In this document: one piece after another, positions 20,113 through 29,878 of the stretch
Numbering within the stretch: the stretch's first letter is position 1
Layout: each line of letters begins with the position of its first letter
Program-made: the position numbers and the translations under genes
IMG/VR virus record: IMGVR_UViG_3300042905_004424
Source: an uncultured virus (IMG/VR IMGVR_UViG_3300042905_004424)
Taxonomy: Duplodnaviria; Heunggongvirae; Uroviricota; Caudoviricetes
Direction: 5' to 3' (one strand)
Length of the DNA stretch: 64,000 bases
The notes under the pieces: generated by a model
The model's database searches: none
What the model was told of the DNA's origin: nothing
The model's input: only the letters and a program-made list of their open reading frames with translations

Positions 20113-20404
20113 TAAAGAAATCTCAGTTTTAGATGCTATCACAACACCAAATGAATTACTACGAGAAACTCTCATAAATTTTATGTGGGGGTTTCTTGGA
20201 AACTCTATTGTTGTGTTTGTAGCAAAGGAACTGGACTTTTTAGTTTTAATAAACTATATTGTTTATTACGTTCTAATTTCGTATATTGTAAATAGGAAAA
20301 AGTATGACACAATTTTAGGTAAGTTTATAGTTCTTCCTGGATCAGCGGCAGCAGGAGCATTCGCAGGGTATAAATTAGCACAGATAATTACAGAAATAGT
20401 TTAA
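20090..20404 (+). CDS. membrane protein
   Basis: About three hydrophobic segments; start uncertain (TTG 20090 or GTG 20009). Confidence 0.6.
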   Translation: MKKKTGFSKEISVLDAITTPNELLRETLINFMWGFLGNSIVVFVAKELDFLVLINYIVYYVLISYIVNRKKYDTILGKFIVLPGSAAAGAFAGYKLAQIITEIV

Positions 20405-20409
20405 ATAAG

Positions 20410-21258
20410 ATGATAGAAACAGGAAAAATAATAAATGGGGATTGTATTGAGGTAATGAAAACTTTACCTGAAGGTAGTGTTGATTTGGTTGTGACATCAC
20501 CACCATATAATTGCGGGATTAATTATGATACCCATATCGATACTTTACCTATGGATGATTATTGGGGGTGGACAAAAGAATGGTTAGAAGAGGCTTACCG
20601 ATTACTTAAAGATGATGGTAGAGTATCAATTAATATACCTTACGAAACAAATGTTCAAGGCAGAGGTGGAAGAGTATTTTTTGTTTCAGAATTTTATCAG
20701 GTAATGAAACAGGTTGGTTTTAAATTCTTTGGTATTGTTGATCTTGAGGAAGAATCACCACACAGAAGTAAGACAACAGCTTGGGGTTCTTGGATGAGTC
20801 CGTCTAGTCCTTATATTTATAACCCTAAAGAGTGTGTAATATTGGCTTATAAAAAACAACACATTAAAAAAATTAAAGGAGAACCACAATGGAAGGGAAC
20901 ACCTACTGAAATTGAACAGGAGGATGGGACTATAAAAAAGAAAGTGGTGTATGAGGAGAAGGATAAGAAAGAGTTTATGGAACTTGTGTTTGGTCAGTGG
21001 AATTATTTTGCAGATACTAAATCATTAACCAAGGCGACATTTAGTTTAGATATACCTTCAAAAGCAATTAAGATATTGTCATACAAAAATGATGTGGTTT
21101 TGGATCCATTTGCTGGATCAGGAACTAGTATGGTAGCGGCAGAGATTTTAGATCGTCGTTGGTTAGGTGTTGAATTGTCTGAAAATTATTGTGACGTTGC
21201 GAGAAAACGAGTTCAATCATTTGTTGATGATAAAAAACAATTAAATTTTGATTTATAG
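20410..21258 (+). CDS. beta-class N4-cytosine/N6-adenine DNA methyltransferase
   Basis: VTSPPY precedes VLDPFAGSGT. Confidence 0.93.
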   Translation: MIETGKIINGDCIEVMKTLPEGSVDLVVTSPPYNCGINYDTHIDTLPMDDYWGWTKEWLEEAYRLLKDDGRVSINIPYETNVQGRGGRVFFVSEFYQVMKQVGFKFFGIVDLEEESPHRSKTTAWGSWMSPSSPYIYNPKECVILAYKKQHIKKIKGEPQWKGTPTEIEQEDGTIKKKVVYEEKDKKEFMELVFGQWNYFADTKSLTKATFSLDIPSKAIKILSYKNDVVLDPFAGSGTSMVAAEILDRRWLGVELSENYCDVARKRVQSFVDDKKQLNFDL

Positions 21259-21264
21259 TATTTT

Positions 21265-21609
21265 TTATTTAAACTCTATAAAATCACCATCATTTATATT
21301 ATATTTCTCACAAGTTCCACCTGGTAATTCTAAAACCAAATCACCATAACCTTCATAACTTGGACATTCTTCTGTTTTACAGGGCTTACATTGGTGTTGT
21401 ATCACGTTAATTTTGTTTTCATCAATAAATATAATATCTAAAGAGACCAAACAATTTTTCATCCAAAAAGAATGAGGACCTTTATCCATAAAAAATAACA
21501 TACCGTCAAAACTACCGTCAAATTTTTTTCTCATCATGCCTTGTTGAATATCTTTTGATGTAAACAATGGTATTACTTTAAAAATGTTGTTATTTATAAC
21601 TACGTTCAT
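21265..21609 (-). CDS. DUF192 family protein
   Basis: GMM.K, GMLFF, FWMKN..SLDIIFID, VLELPGG. Confidence 0.88.
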   Translation of the reverse strand: MNVVINNNIFKVIPLFTSKDIQQGMMRKKFDGSFDGMLFFMDKGPHSFWMKNCLVSLDIIFIDENKINVIQHQCKPCKTEECPSYEGYGDLVLELPGGTCEKYNINDGDFIEFK

Positions 21610-21621
21610 ATTTATAAATAT
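21608..21621. promoter_or_regulatory. palindromic bidirectional TATTTAT element
   Basis: Perfect palindrome ATATTTATAAATAT covers the 14-bp gap between divergent genes. Confidence 0.7.
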
Positions 21622-21623
21622 CT

Positions 21624-22040
21624 ATGATTAAATTTAAAAAATGGGCCGGAGTTATTCTTAGAAATAAAGATGAAGTTTTACTTTGTAAAAGATCGCCAAA
21701 AAAACCATTACCAAATACTTGGTCCATACCATCTGGTAAAATAGAAGATGGTGAATCACCAGGACAAGCGGCCATTAGAGAATTTTATGAAGAGACAAAT
21801 ATTGAATTGAGCACAAAAATAGATTTTGTTGGGTTTATAAATAAATTAAAAGAAGATGGAACAAAAAAAGGGCATATGTTTGTTTTTTATATAGAAAGTA
21901 AAACAAAGATGGAACCTGATTTAGAAAATGCTAAAGACGGATTTGAACATACTGAGTGTAAATATTTTAATAAAGAAAACCTACCTCAACAAAAAAATAA
22001 TGAAGAACTAATGGATTTATTAAAAAAAATTTTAAAATAG
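21624..22040 (+). CDS. NUDIX hydrolase
   Basis: Nudix box GKIEDGESPGQAAIREFYEETNI. Confidence 0.93.
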   Translation: MIKFKKWAGVILRNKDEVLLCKRSPKKPLPNTWSIPSGKIEDGESPGQAAIREFYEETNIELSTKIDFVGFINKLKEDGTKKGHMFVFYIESKTKMEPDLENAKDGFEHTECKYFNKENLPQQKNNEELMDLLKKILK

Positions 22041-22087
22041 TTTTTAGTTAAGCATATTATTTGTATATTTGTATTAAATAAAAACAT

Positions 22088-22363
22088 ATGATAAAAAACA
22101 CCTTTAAACATACTATCAATATTCTAAATGAAAATTTTGGAACCTTACTTAGCGAATCTTTTGTTGACCAAGTGCAGTTTAAAATTTTTTTAAAAATGGT
22201 TGATGGAGCATTAAATTTAAATCAAGATTTATCTTTTTATGATGGGAATACTTTTTTGGTTCACATTCCTCATAGAATATTAAAAGACTCTGTAATATTA
22301 ACAAACGTTAAAGAGGTGACGATTGGAGAACAAGTTAGAAACAAAATTGAAACATTAGTATAA
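22088..22363 (+). CDS. hypothetical protein
   Basis: 91-aa ORF after TATATTTG at 22064. Confidence 0.7.
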   Translation: MIKNTFKHTINILNENFGTLLSESFVDQVQFKIFLKMVDGALNLNQDLSFYDGNTFLVHIPHRILKDSVILTNVKEVTIGEQVRNKIETLV

Positions 22364-22364
22364 T

Positions 22365-22799
22365 ATGAAAAATATTTTTTATTTATTGGTTAGCATTATG
22401 TTATTATCTTCTTGTTATAAGGAAGATATTACACCTCAGATGCCTTTAGACCCACAACCAATTATAACTGATACCACGACGGTTGACAATGTGGTTTCAT
22501 TTAAAAACACTACTTGGGTTATTAAAAAGGTTTTAAATACAAACTTTGATCAAGAATTAAGATCAGATACAATTGTTTTTTTATCTAACAATGTTTATAG
22601 TTTTAATGGGGTTCAGTCAACTTATAATTTTTATCCAAATAATTTAAACTATACCTTGACATTAAATAACACTCCTTGGGGACATATAAGTGCGGGTATT
22701 TATGAATACAATATAACACAAGGTGAAATTATAAATTGCCAATTTAATAATTATTTTACAGGACAAAATGTTTTAAAAATTTGGATGTATAAAGAATAG
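22365..22799 (+). CDS. putative lipoprotein
   Basis: MKNIFYLLVSIMLLSSC lipobox-type signal. Confidence 0.7.
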   Translation: MKNIFYLLVSIMLLSSCYKEDITPQMPLDPQPIITDTTTVDNVVSFKNTTWVIKKVLNTNFDQELRSDTIVFLSNNVYSFNGVQSTYNFYPNNLNYTLTLNNTPWGHISAGIYEYNITQGEIINCQFNNYFTGQNVLKIWMYKE

Positions 22800-22857
22800 T
22801 TTCTTTGTTTATCTTTAAAACAAAGTGGTGGAGTTATTGATTAAATTCAATGTCAAC

Positions 22858-22888
22858 AAAAAAAAGGTGGAGAAATTCACCTTTTTTT
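22858..22888 (+). terminator. intrinsic terminator
   Basis: AAAAAAGGTGGA-GAAA-TTCACCTTTTTTT. Confidence 0.85.
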
Positions 22889-22918
22889 GTTTTTTATTAT
22901 ATTTATTATAAAACATTT

Positions 22919-23647
22919 ATGAAAAAAAATCTATTTGTAATTAATGAAAATGAGAAGGACCGTATTATAAATATGCATAAAAACGCAACTAAAAATTTAT
23001 ATATACCTGAAAATAAACTATTGACAGAAGAAAGATTAATTTTGGTTAAAATACAATTACCAGATGGGAAATATCTTGGTAGTGGACAACAAGGATATGA
23101 ATATAAAATTCTTACGCTAGATAAAAAAGATACGGGATATATCGTAAAGTCTTTCACACCTTCTAGAGAAGCCGTTACAGACGATCCAGTAACAATTTCA
23201 AGTGGAATAACAACATCAAAAACTTGGGGTGTTGGGGGTGACTATTATTATGAAGCACCTATTTCTAATGTAGGATCAACTCAACAAGTAGTTGGTCAAC
23301 AAGAAAAACCAACTAGATATAAAAGAGGGGCTTGTGAAACAGGAACCACTCAAGAATGCGCACATGCGATTCAAATAAGGATGAACGAGGAATGTAAGGC
23401 CGATATTTTAAATGCCACTTTAGTTAATTTTCCTAAAGCAAGAACTGGAACAGAAGGAAACTATAAATTAAAAGAAGATAAAGTTCTTGGATCAGGAACA
23501 AAGGCAGTTATTGCCGCTTGTAATTTACCAAAATTACCAAAAGTTGGTGCCACAACCATAACATCACAAGTATCTGGATTAAACGCAACAATACCTGTTG
23601 GAGGAACTTTAACCGATAATGATATAATGACTTTAATGAATCAATAA
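22919..23647 (+). CDS. leader-bearing protein with degenerate peptidoglycan-binding motif
   Basis: TATTTAT at 22900; LFVINENEKDRIINMH leader; LKEDKVLGSGTKAVI. Confidence 0.7.
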   Translation: MKKNLFVINENEKDRIINMHKNATKNLYIPENKLLTEERLILVKIQLPDGKYLGSGQQGYEYKILTLDKKDTGYIVKSFTPSREAVTDDPVTISSGITTSKTWGVGGDYYYEAPISNVGSTQQVVGQQEKPTRYKRGACETGTTQECAHAIQIRMNEECKADILNATLVNFPKARTGTEGNYKLKEDKVLGSGTKAVIAACNLPKLPKVGATTITSQVSGLNATIPVGGTLTDNDIMTLMNQ

Positions 23648-23655
23648 AAAAAGAT

Positions 23656-24585
23656 ATGGGAAAAATAATTTTAACCGAAAGACAATATAGGAATTTGAAT
23701 CAAATTTTAATTGGCAAAGAAGATGATAGCAAAAAGGGTCGAATAAATGAGGTGGCAAAAACATTTACAGATTTTGATGGTAACAGTGCAATACTTGATA
23801 GTACTAAATTTACTCTTTCATTAAAAGCGATGGTTAATATTGAAGCATTGACAGGTGAAGACTCCAACAGGGAATTACAATTACTTTGGGGTACTGTTTT
23901 TACGAAAAAAAAAGGAAATAATACACTTTTAAGTAACTATGTTAAGGTAAATTGGGTTAGTGATTGGGTTAAGTCAATAATGAAAAGTGAAGATGGAACA
24001 GTAGAATATAAATGTGATAGTAAAAAATTTAAGTTTACTAAATATGGCAATGAATATAAGCTTGATAGTAATTTCTCATGGATACAGAAGGCATTCGATG
24101 AATTATGTGCAATGACTGGTGTAGCCCCTGTAGTAGCCCCTGTGGTAGCAGGTGGGGAAACAGTTCCTTGGACTGCGGTCGAAAAAAAACATATAATTGC
24201 GTTCCAACGGTGGTGGTGGCATTTTGTCGAAACTGTAGACCCAGAACCTGGTACAGATGTGGAGGATGTATGTAAAACAAAATTTAAGTCCGCGTTATGT
24301 GGAGGAAAACCTTGTATTTTGGATCAGGCCGTTGATGGAAAACTTGGAGCAAGTACACAAATATTAATGGACAATACGGTTAATCGATCAAATTTTGAAA
24401 AATGGTGGAATACTGGCAAAAATGCGGTAGAATATAGTACGTTACCCTATAAATGTACTAGCGCTGAAAAAGGATATGTAAATCCAGATAAAAATCCAGA
24501 TAAAAATCCTGTTGAAAAACCAATTGTAGGCGGTGGTGGTGGAGGTGGAGCACCATTTGGTGGTCAATATGCTGATATGGTTTAA
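23656..24585 (+). CDS. MGKIILTERQ leader protein with degenerate peptidoglycan-binding motif
   Basis: Shared leader; IIAFQRW...AVDGKLGASTQ; Gly-rich tail. Confidence 0.7.
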   Translation: MGKIILTERQYRNLNQILIGKEDDSKKGRINEVAKTFTDFDGNSAILDSTKFTLSLKAMVNIEALTGEDSNRELQLLWGTVFTKKKGNNTLLSNYVKVNWVSDWVKSIMKSEDGTVEYKCDSKKFKFTKYGNEYKLDSNFSWIQKAFDELCAMTGVAPVVAPVVAGGETVPWTAVEKKHIIAFQRWWWHFVETVDPEPGTDVEDVCKTKFKSALCGGKPCILDQAVDGKLGASTQILMDNTVNRSNFEKWWNTGKNAVEYSTLPYKCTSAEKGYVNPDKNPDKNPVEKPIVGGGGGGGAPFGGQYADMV

Positions 24586-24588
24586 TAA

Positions 24589-25029
24589 TTATATTTTTTT
24601 ATAAAAAAAATCATAATCATTGTCAGATTTAAGAATTTTATATTCTAATTTTTTATTAATTTTTTGTGAAAAAATATTGTTTTTTTTTGTTATTGATGAT
24701 AAATAATCATACCCATATTTTTTTCCTAAATTTTCGGTATATCCTCTGATTGTTTTTCCTAACCCCAAATTTCTATATTCTTTTTGAATATACAAATTAT
24801 GTAAAAACAATGTTACAGTTTCTTTTAAAAAATCATAAGTTGTATAATTTTCTATGGTTTCTAAGATTTTTTTTATTTTAACGTCATGATCATACATTAC
24901 ATCAATATCTAAAATAAATATTTTTCCAATTTCATTATTATTTGTTTTATCATTAATTGTTAATTTAATTCCTGGCCAAATAGTTATATTTCCCTCTATC
25001 TTATAATAATAATTTTCATTTAATGTCAT
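24589..25029 (-). CDS. GNAT-family acetyltransferase
   Basis: LHNLYIQKEYRNLGLGKTI (motif A) and N..SQKINKKLEY (motif B). Confidence 0.78.
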   Translation of the reverse strand: MTLNENYYYKIEGNITIWPGIKLTINDKTNNNEIGKIFILDIDVMYDHDVKIKKILETIENYTTYDFLKETVTLFLHNLYIQKEYRNLGLGKTIRGYTENLGKKYGYDYLSSITKKNNIFSQKINKKLEYKILKSDNDYDFFYKKI

Positions 25030-25085
25030 ATTTTTAATATAGTAAAATTATGGTAAATAAAAATATTTTTTATTATATTTGTAAT

Positions 25086-25475
25086 ATGGAAAAAATGATA
25101 TATCTAGTTAGAGGAATACCAGGAAGTGGCAAGACAACTTTTGCAAAACAATTAACACGAAATGTGTTTGAGGCAGACCATTATTTTTATGATAATGACG
25201 ATAACTACAATTTTATTGCATCTGAAATAAAAGAGGCACATAAAGAGTGTCAACAATATGTTGGATATGCGATGGAGTCAAACACACCAAAAATTGCAGT
25301 ATCAAACACATTTACACAAGAGTGGGAACTCCAACCTTATTATGAGTTAGCAATTAAGTATGGTTATTATGTGACCTCTATTATTGTGGAAAATAGACAC
25401 GGAGGAACAAACAAACATGGAGTTCTAGAAGATAAGATTCAATTAATGAAAGATAGGTTTGAGTTTAAAATATAA
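25086..25475 (+). CDS. P-loop kinase (AAA_33/polynucleotide-kinase-like)
   Basis: LVRGIPGSGKTT, EADHYF, VSNTF, HGV; ATG 4 nt after TATATTTG. Confidence 0.85.
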   Translation: MEKMIYLVRGIPGSGKTTFAKQLTRNVFEADHYFYDNDDNYNFIASEIKEAHKECQQYVGYAMESNTPKIAVSNTFTQEWELQPYYELAIKYGYYVTSIIVENRHGGTNKHGVLEDKIQLMKDRFEFKI

Positions 25476-25478
25476 GAA

Positions 25479-26132
25479 ATGAAATTTGATAAAATATTAA
25501 CTAGTGGGGTTGTTTGGATTACTTCGGACACCCACTATTCGCACAAAAACATATGTCGTGGAGTTACGGTTTGGAGAACCATAGATGGTGATATTCCAAT
25601 TGATGCGACCAGAGATTTTCCTAATTTGGATGTAATGAATAGTGTTATTGTTGATAACATTAATGAGAAGGTTGGTCCTGATGATACTTTAATTCACTTG
25701 GGTGACGTGGCTTTTGGTGGTGTTGAAAAGATAGGACAATTTTTGGATCGTTTGGTTTGTAAAAACGTTCACCTTGTTTTGGGTAATCACGATCAGAACA
25801 TAAAAAAAAATAGAGAGAACACCAAAGATAAATTTTTATCTATTCAAAACTACTTGGAGGTTAATATTGGTGGTGTTGATTTTGTGTTATCGCATTATCC
25901 ATTATCAAGTTGGAACCAACTAAATAAAGGTTCTATTCACCTTCATGGGCACGTACACCTACCAAGAAATAAAAGATTTGGTAAAGGTAAAAAAATGGAT
26001 GTTGGTATGGATGGTAATAATCTTTATCCATATAGTATAAGTGAGATCGTTCATATGATGGATAAACGATGTGTTGAGTCAGAGATGAATGGAGATCACC
26101 ACTTAGATGTTATTATTGATCTTGTGGGTTAA
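25479..26132 (+). CDS. calcineurin-like metallophosphoesterase
   Basis: TSDTHYSH, HLGD, GNHD, SHYP, LHGHVH, DVGMD. Confidence 0.9.
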   Translation: MKFDKILTSGVVWITSDTHYSHKNICRGVTVWRTIDGDIPIDATRDFPNLDVMNSVIVDNINEKVGPDDTLIHLGDVAFGGVEKIGQFLDRLVCKNVHLVLGNHDQNIKKNRENTKDKFLSIQNYLEVNIGGVDFVLSHYPLSSWNQLNKGSIHLHGHVHLPRNKRFGKGKKMDVGMDGNNLYPYSISEIVHMMDKRCVESEMNGDHHLDVIIDLVG

Positions 26133-26158
26133 ACCATAACTCCAATATATTTATAAAT

Positions 26159-27406
26159 ATGAAAATCATTATAAGAGAATCACAACTTAATTTAATTAAC
26201 GAAGCTTTAGGGGTTCCTGATAATATTTTGGATGCTGCCGATACGTTATATGATATTGTTGAAAGAGACATCAAATCAATAAGAGACATTCAAGATGAGT
26301 ATAACTTTGATGGTGAATTAGAATTTGAATTAGGTGATAAGAAAAAAATCAAAATTGATTCATATACTCTTACAGTAAAAATTGAGGAGATTGAAGATGA
26401 AGAAGGGGTCTTAGATATTGTCTCAATGGGAATGGGAGGTGCTTTTGGATTTAATAGGGATGTTTATATGAAAGAAAACGAACCTTCAACAATTTTGGGA
26501 TTAACAATAACATTTGCTGTTGGTGAAAATTGGAAACCTGAAGGTCTTATTGAAAAAATGGAAGAAGACAAAGACGAACATGTTGCATCTTTAGCTCATG
26601 AAATAAAACACAAATATGATAAACAATCAAAACAATTTGGTTTAATTGGTCAAGACGCTGAATATCAAGCAACACAAAGAAGAGGTATTTTTGGAATACC
26701 GGTAATTGATAGAGTTTTTTTTAGATACTTGTATTATATTTCTGGTATTGAAAATCTTGTAAGGCCAACTGAAGTGGCTTACAAATTAAAAAGAAAAAAT
26801 ATTACAAAGTCACAATTCAAAGAATTTTTAGAAAATAATGTGGTTTATAAAGAACTCGTTGAAATTAAAAACTTCACATTTGAAGACTTCATCAATCAAT
26901 TAAAAGAAAGTGAAGATAGATTAGATGCTCTTATTGAACACATTGGTGATGACCCATCCGACATGACAATAGATGAAAAAATTAATGTAGTATTAGAAGT
27001 AAGTTATATTGATTTAGTTAATAATAGAATGCAAATGTTTATGACAATGACGGAACATGGGATGGATGATGTTATAAAATTTGGAACTCAACTTGGCATT
27101 TTACCTCCAGGGTTGGAAGGAAATTTGGAGGGAATTCAAAAGACAGATGCAATTAGACAAAAGTTTTTGAAATATGTTATGAAATACGAAAAAAATCCAA
27201 CCAAATTTTTTGAAGATGAAATTGAAAACTTCCAATATGTTGCAAATAAAATGTTAAAGAAAATATCAAAATTATATGCTATGGCAAAAGACGATGAACA
27301 AGTTAGTGAATCAATCATCAATTGGGAACTTCATCAACAAATTATGGAAAAAAAATATGGAAAAAGAAAAATTGAAACAAAATACAAAAATTGGAATCTT
27401 AAATAA
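26159..27406 (+). CDS. MKIIIRESQ leader protein with HExxH zincin-like motif
   Basis: TATTTAT at 26148; SLAHEIKHKYD followed by YY...IENLVRPTE. Confidence 0.7.
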   Translation: MKIIIRESQLNLINEALGVPDNILDAADTLYDIVERDIKSIRDIQDEYNFDGELEFELGDKKKIKIDSYTLTVKIEEIEDEEGVLDIVSMGMGGAFGFNRDVYMKENEPSTILGLTITFAVGENWKPEGLIEKMEEDKDEHVASLAHEIKHKYDKQSKQFGLIGQDAEYQATQRRGIFGIPVIDRVFFRYLYYISGIENLVRPTEVAYKLKRKNITKSQFKEFLENNVVYKELVEIKNFTFEDFINQLKESEDRLDALIEHIGDDPSDMTIDEKINVVLEVSYIDLVNNRMQMFMTMTEHGMDDVIKFGTQLGILPPGLEGNLEGIQKTDAIRQKFLKYVMKYEKNPTKFFEDEIENFQYVANKMLKKISKLYAMAKDDEQVSESIINWELHQQIMEKKYGKRKIETKYKNWNLK

Positions 27407-27564
27407 TAAACTAAAATCATAGTTTGCTCAATACGAGGATTTATTAACCACTAATCCCAATTGTATTCGTATTTATTAGTGAACTCAACCTGCCCGTGGA
27501 ATATGGGGGTTTCTTAAAAAGATTCTTCAAGAGAGTAAATAATTTTATTTTATTTATTTTTACT

Positions 27565-29433
27565 ATGAAGAATATATTGGTTGGACTTTTTGTCCTATTT
27601 TCATCTTTCTTATTTTCTCAATCATGTTCACATACCATACAACGAACCGACACTTGGGGCGATGGTTGGAACGGAGGAACTGTGGCCGTTTCCGTTAATG
27701 GAGTAACCGTTTTATCTAATTTAAGTTGCGCCGGATATGGACCTACTTCTTCTACATTTTCTGCAGCAGTGGGGGCAACAATACGAGTGTACCGCACGGC
27801 ATCAGGATCATATCCTTCTGAAATGCGTATACGAGTTATCAATGGAGCAGGATCTACCATAATCAATACCGTTCAACCACTTGCTGGAACCTCAACTTCA
27901 GGAGGTCATATAGTGGCGGGAAGTTGTGCATCAGTATCACCGGGACCTTGTACTAATACCTATTCGTATTTAACGGCTACAATGCCATCAACTCCCGGTT
28001 TTTTTTCAGTTGGAACATGCACTTTTCAAGGGGATTACAATACATTTAATAGTGTTGTTGCAGGTAGACAATACAGATCAACTTATAGTTTAGGTGGTTG
28101 GATAACAGTAAGACACACAACACCAGGAGGAACTGTGGTTACTTCAGGACCTTCTCCACTAACATGGACCGCTACTATATCAGGGACTTATTACGTTCAT
28201 TACAATACAAATTCAAGTTGTGGAACTGCTTCTTCTTGTGGGACAGATTATATTGAATGTTTAACTTGTACTGCACCACCACCCCCATCAAATGATTTAG
28301 TGTGTAATTCAACATCTATTACTTGTGGTCAGTCAATATCAGGGACTACTGTAAACGCAACTAACTCTGGAACGGGTGAAGGTGGATTTTGTTCTGTTAG
28401 TCAAACACAACCCGGTGTTTGGTATGTTATTCCAGGAAACGGACAAATTATGACGGCAAATCTTTGTGCTACCGCATGGGATAGTAAAATGTCTGTATTT
28501 TCAGGGGTAGGGTGCGGAAGTCTAACTTGTGTAGGGGGTAATGATGATTTTGGTCCTGCTTGTGGTAGTTCATCAGCCTCATATTCATGGTCTTCTGTGG
28601 TTGGAACAAATTACTATATATTAGTTCATGGGTATAGTACAAGTAGTAGTTTTTCTATTAATGTAAATTGTGTTGCCCCTCCAACACCAGGCCCATGCAT
28701 TAATACTATTTCGTATGGAACACAAAGTTTACCTGTATTTGGTGGAATATCATACACTACCGTACCTTGTCAGTTTGCTGGTGAATACTCAACTTGGAGT
28801 GGAGCCGTGGTAGGAACACCATATATTGCTATGACTACGGTTGCAACTGATTGGATAACAGTAAGAAGTGGAGCATATAATGGAACTGTTGTTGCTGTTG
28901 GATTAGGACCATTATCCTTTACTCCGACAAACAATAATACCTTATACATACACGTTAATACAAACTCACTATGTGGAACAGTAAGTGTATGTAGAGATGT
29001 TTCTGTAACTAGAATGTCTGCATTACCTATTGAATTGTTATCGTTTGAAGGTAAGAAACAAGTTAACTCAAATATGTTATATTGGTCAACAGCGTCTGAA
29101 CATAATAGTAGTCACTTTATTATTGAAAAGAGTGTGGATGGTTTTAAATGGAGTGATATTGGACAAGTACAATCTGCTGGTAACTCAACTCAAAAAATAG
29201 ATTATAGTTTAGAAGATAAAGATGTATCTCAAGTTATCAACTACTACAGATTACATCAATACGATATAGATGGTGTGGATGAGGTATTTGGACCAATAGC
29301 GATCAACAATAGAGATAGAATAAACATCATTGCTAAGAGAATTAATTTAGCGGGTCAAGAGGTTAATGAGAATGCAACCGGAATAATTATAGAAATTTAT
29401 GAGGACGGAAGTATAAAAAGAATTATAAGGTAA
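27565..29433 (+). CDS. secreted Cys/Ser/Thr-rich Bacteroidota-type surface protein with T9SS-like C-terminus
   Basis: Signal peptide MKNILVGLFVLFSSFLFSQ; DTWGDGWNG; internal duplication; LPIELLSFEG...WSTASE.N...F.IEKS.DG...YYRL.Q.D.DG Ig-like module; NLAGQEV tail. Confidence 0.8.
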   Translation: MKNILVGLFVLFSSFLFSQSCSHTIQRTDTWGDGWNGGTVAVSVNGVTVLSNLSCAGYGPTSSTFSAAVGATIRVYRTASGSYPSEMRIRVINGAGSTIINTVQPLAGTSTSGGHIVAGSCASVSPGPCTNTYSYLTATMPSTPGFFSVGTCTFQGDYNTFNSVVAGRQYRSTYSLGGWITVRHTTPGGTVVTSGPSPLTWTATISGTYYVHYNTNSSCGTASSCGTDYIECLTCTAPPPPSNDLVCNSTSITCGQSISGTTVNATNSGTGEGGFCSVSQTQPGVWYVIPGNGQIMTANLCATAWDSKMSVFSGVGCGSLTCVGGNDDFGPACGSSSASYSWSSVVGTNYYILVHGYSTSSSFSINVNCVAPPTPGPCINTISYGTQSLPVFGGISYTTVPCQFAGEYSTWSGAVVGTPYIAMTTVATDWITVRSGAYNGTVVAVGLGPLSFTPTNNNTLYIHVNTNSLCGTVSVCRDVSVTRMSALPIELLSFEGKKQVNSNMLYWSTASEHNSSHFIIEKSVDGFKWSDIGQVQSAGNSTQKIDYSLEDKDVSQVINYYRLHQYDIDGVDEVFGPIAINNRDRINIIAKRINLAGQEVNENATGIIIEIYEDGSIKRIIR

Positions 29434-29466
29434 TTAGGATTTCTAAAATATTTAATAAAAGAATAT

Positions 29467-29496
29467 AAAGCCCCCAAATAAAAAATGGGGGTTTTT
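29467..29496 (+). terminator. intrinsic terminator
   Basis: AAAGCCCCCA...TGGGGGTTTTT. Confidence 0.8.
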
Positions 29497-29532
29497 GTTT
29501 TTATTAGAAAAATTTTATTATCTTTGTCTTAT

Positions 29533-29733
29533 ATGATAAATCCATGCAAAGAATGTCCCCACGTTATTCGTAATCGTCATAATGATACGATTGTTGAATT
29601 TGGTCAAAGGACTGGTAAAAAACATAATTGTCATATGACCGAAGGGGTTAAAGATTTATGGAATGTTAAAAATATAAAATTAGAATGTTATGGATCAAAA
29701 AAACAAAAAGTTCAGATTACCGAGAAAGCTTAA
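29533..29733 (+). CDS. small Cys-rich, probably metal-binding protein
   Basis: PCKECPH...HNCH...ECYG; follows TATCTTTG at 29519. Confidence 0.65.
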   Translation: MINPCKECPHVIRNRHNDTIVEFGQRTGKKHNCHMTEGVKDLWNVKNIKLECYGSKKQKVQITEKA

Positions 29734-29878
29734 AAAAAAATTAAAAAACAATCTTTTTACTTATCCAAAGAGTGAAAGAAACACTTATTTAATCGCTTGG
29801 CCATATAAGTATGAGAAAGATTACATGGATTATAAAAAAGGGTTGTTAAGAAGTATATGATAATAATTTAAAAAAAAG

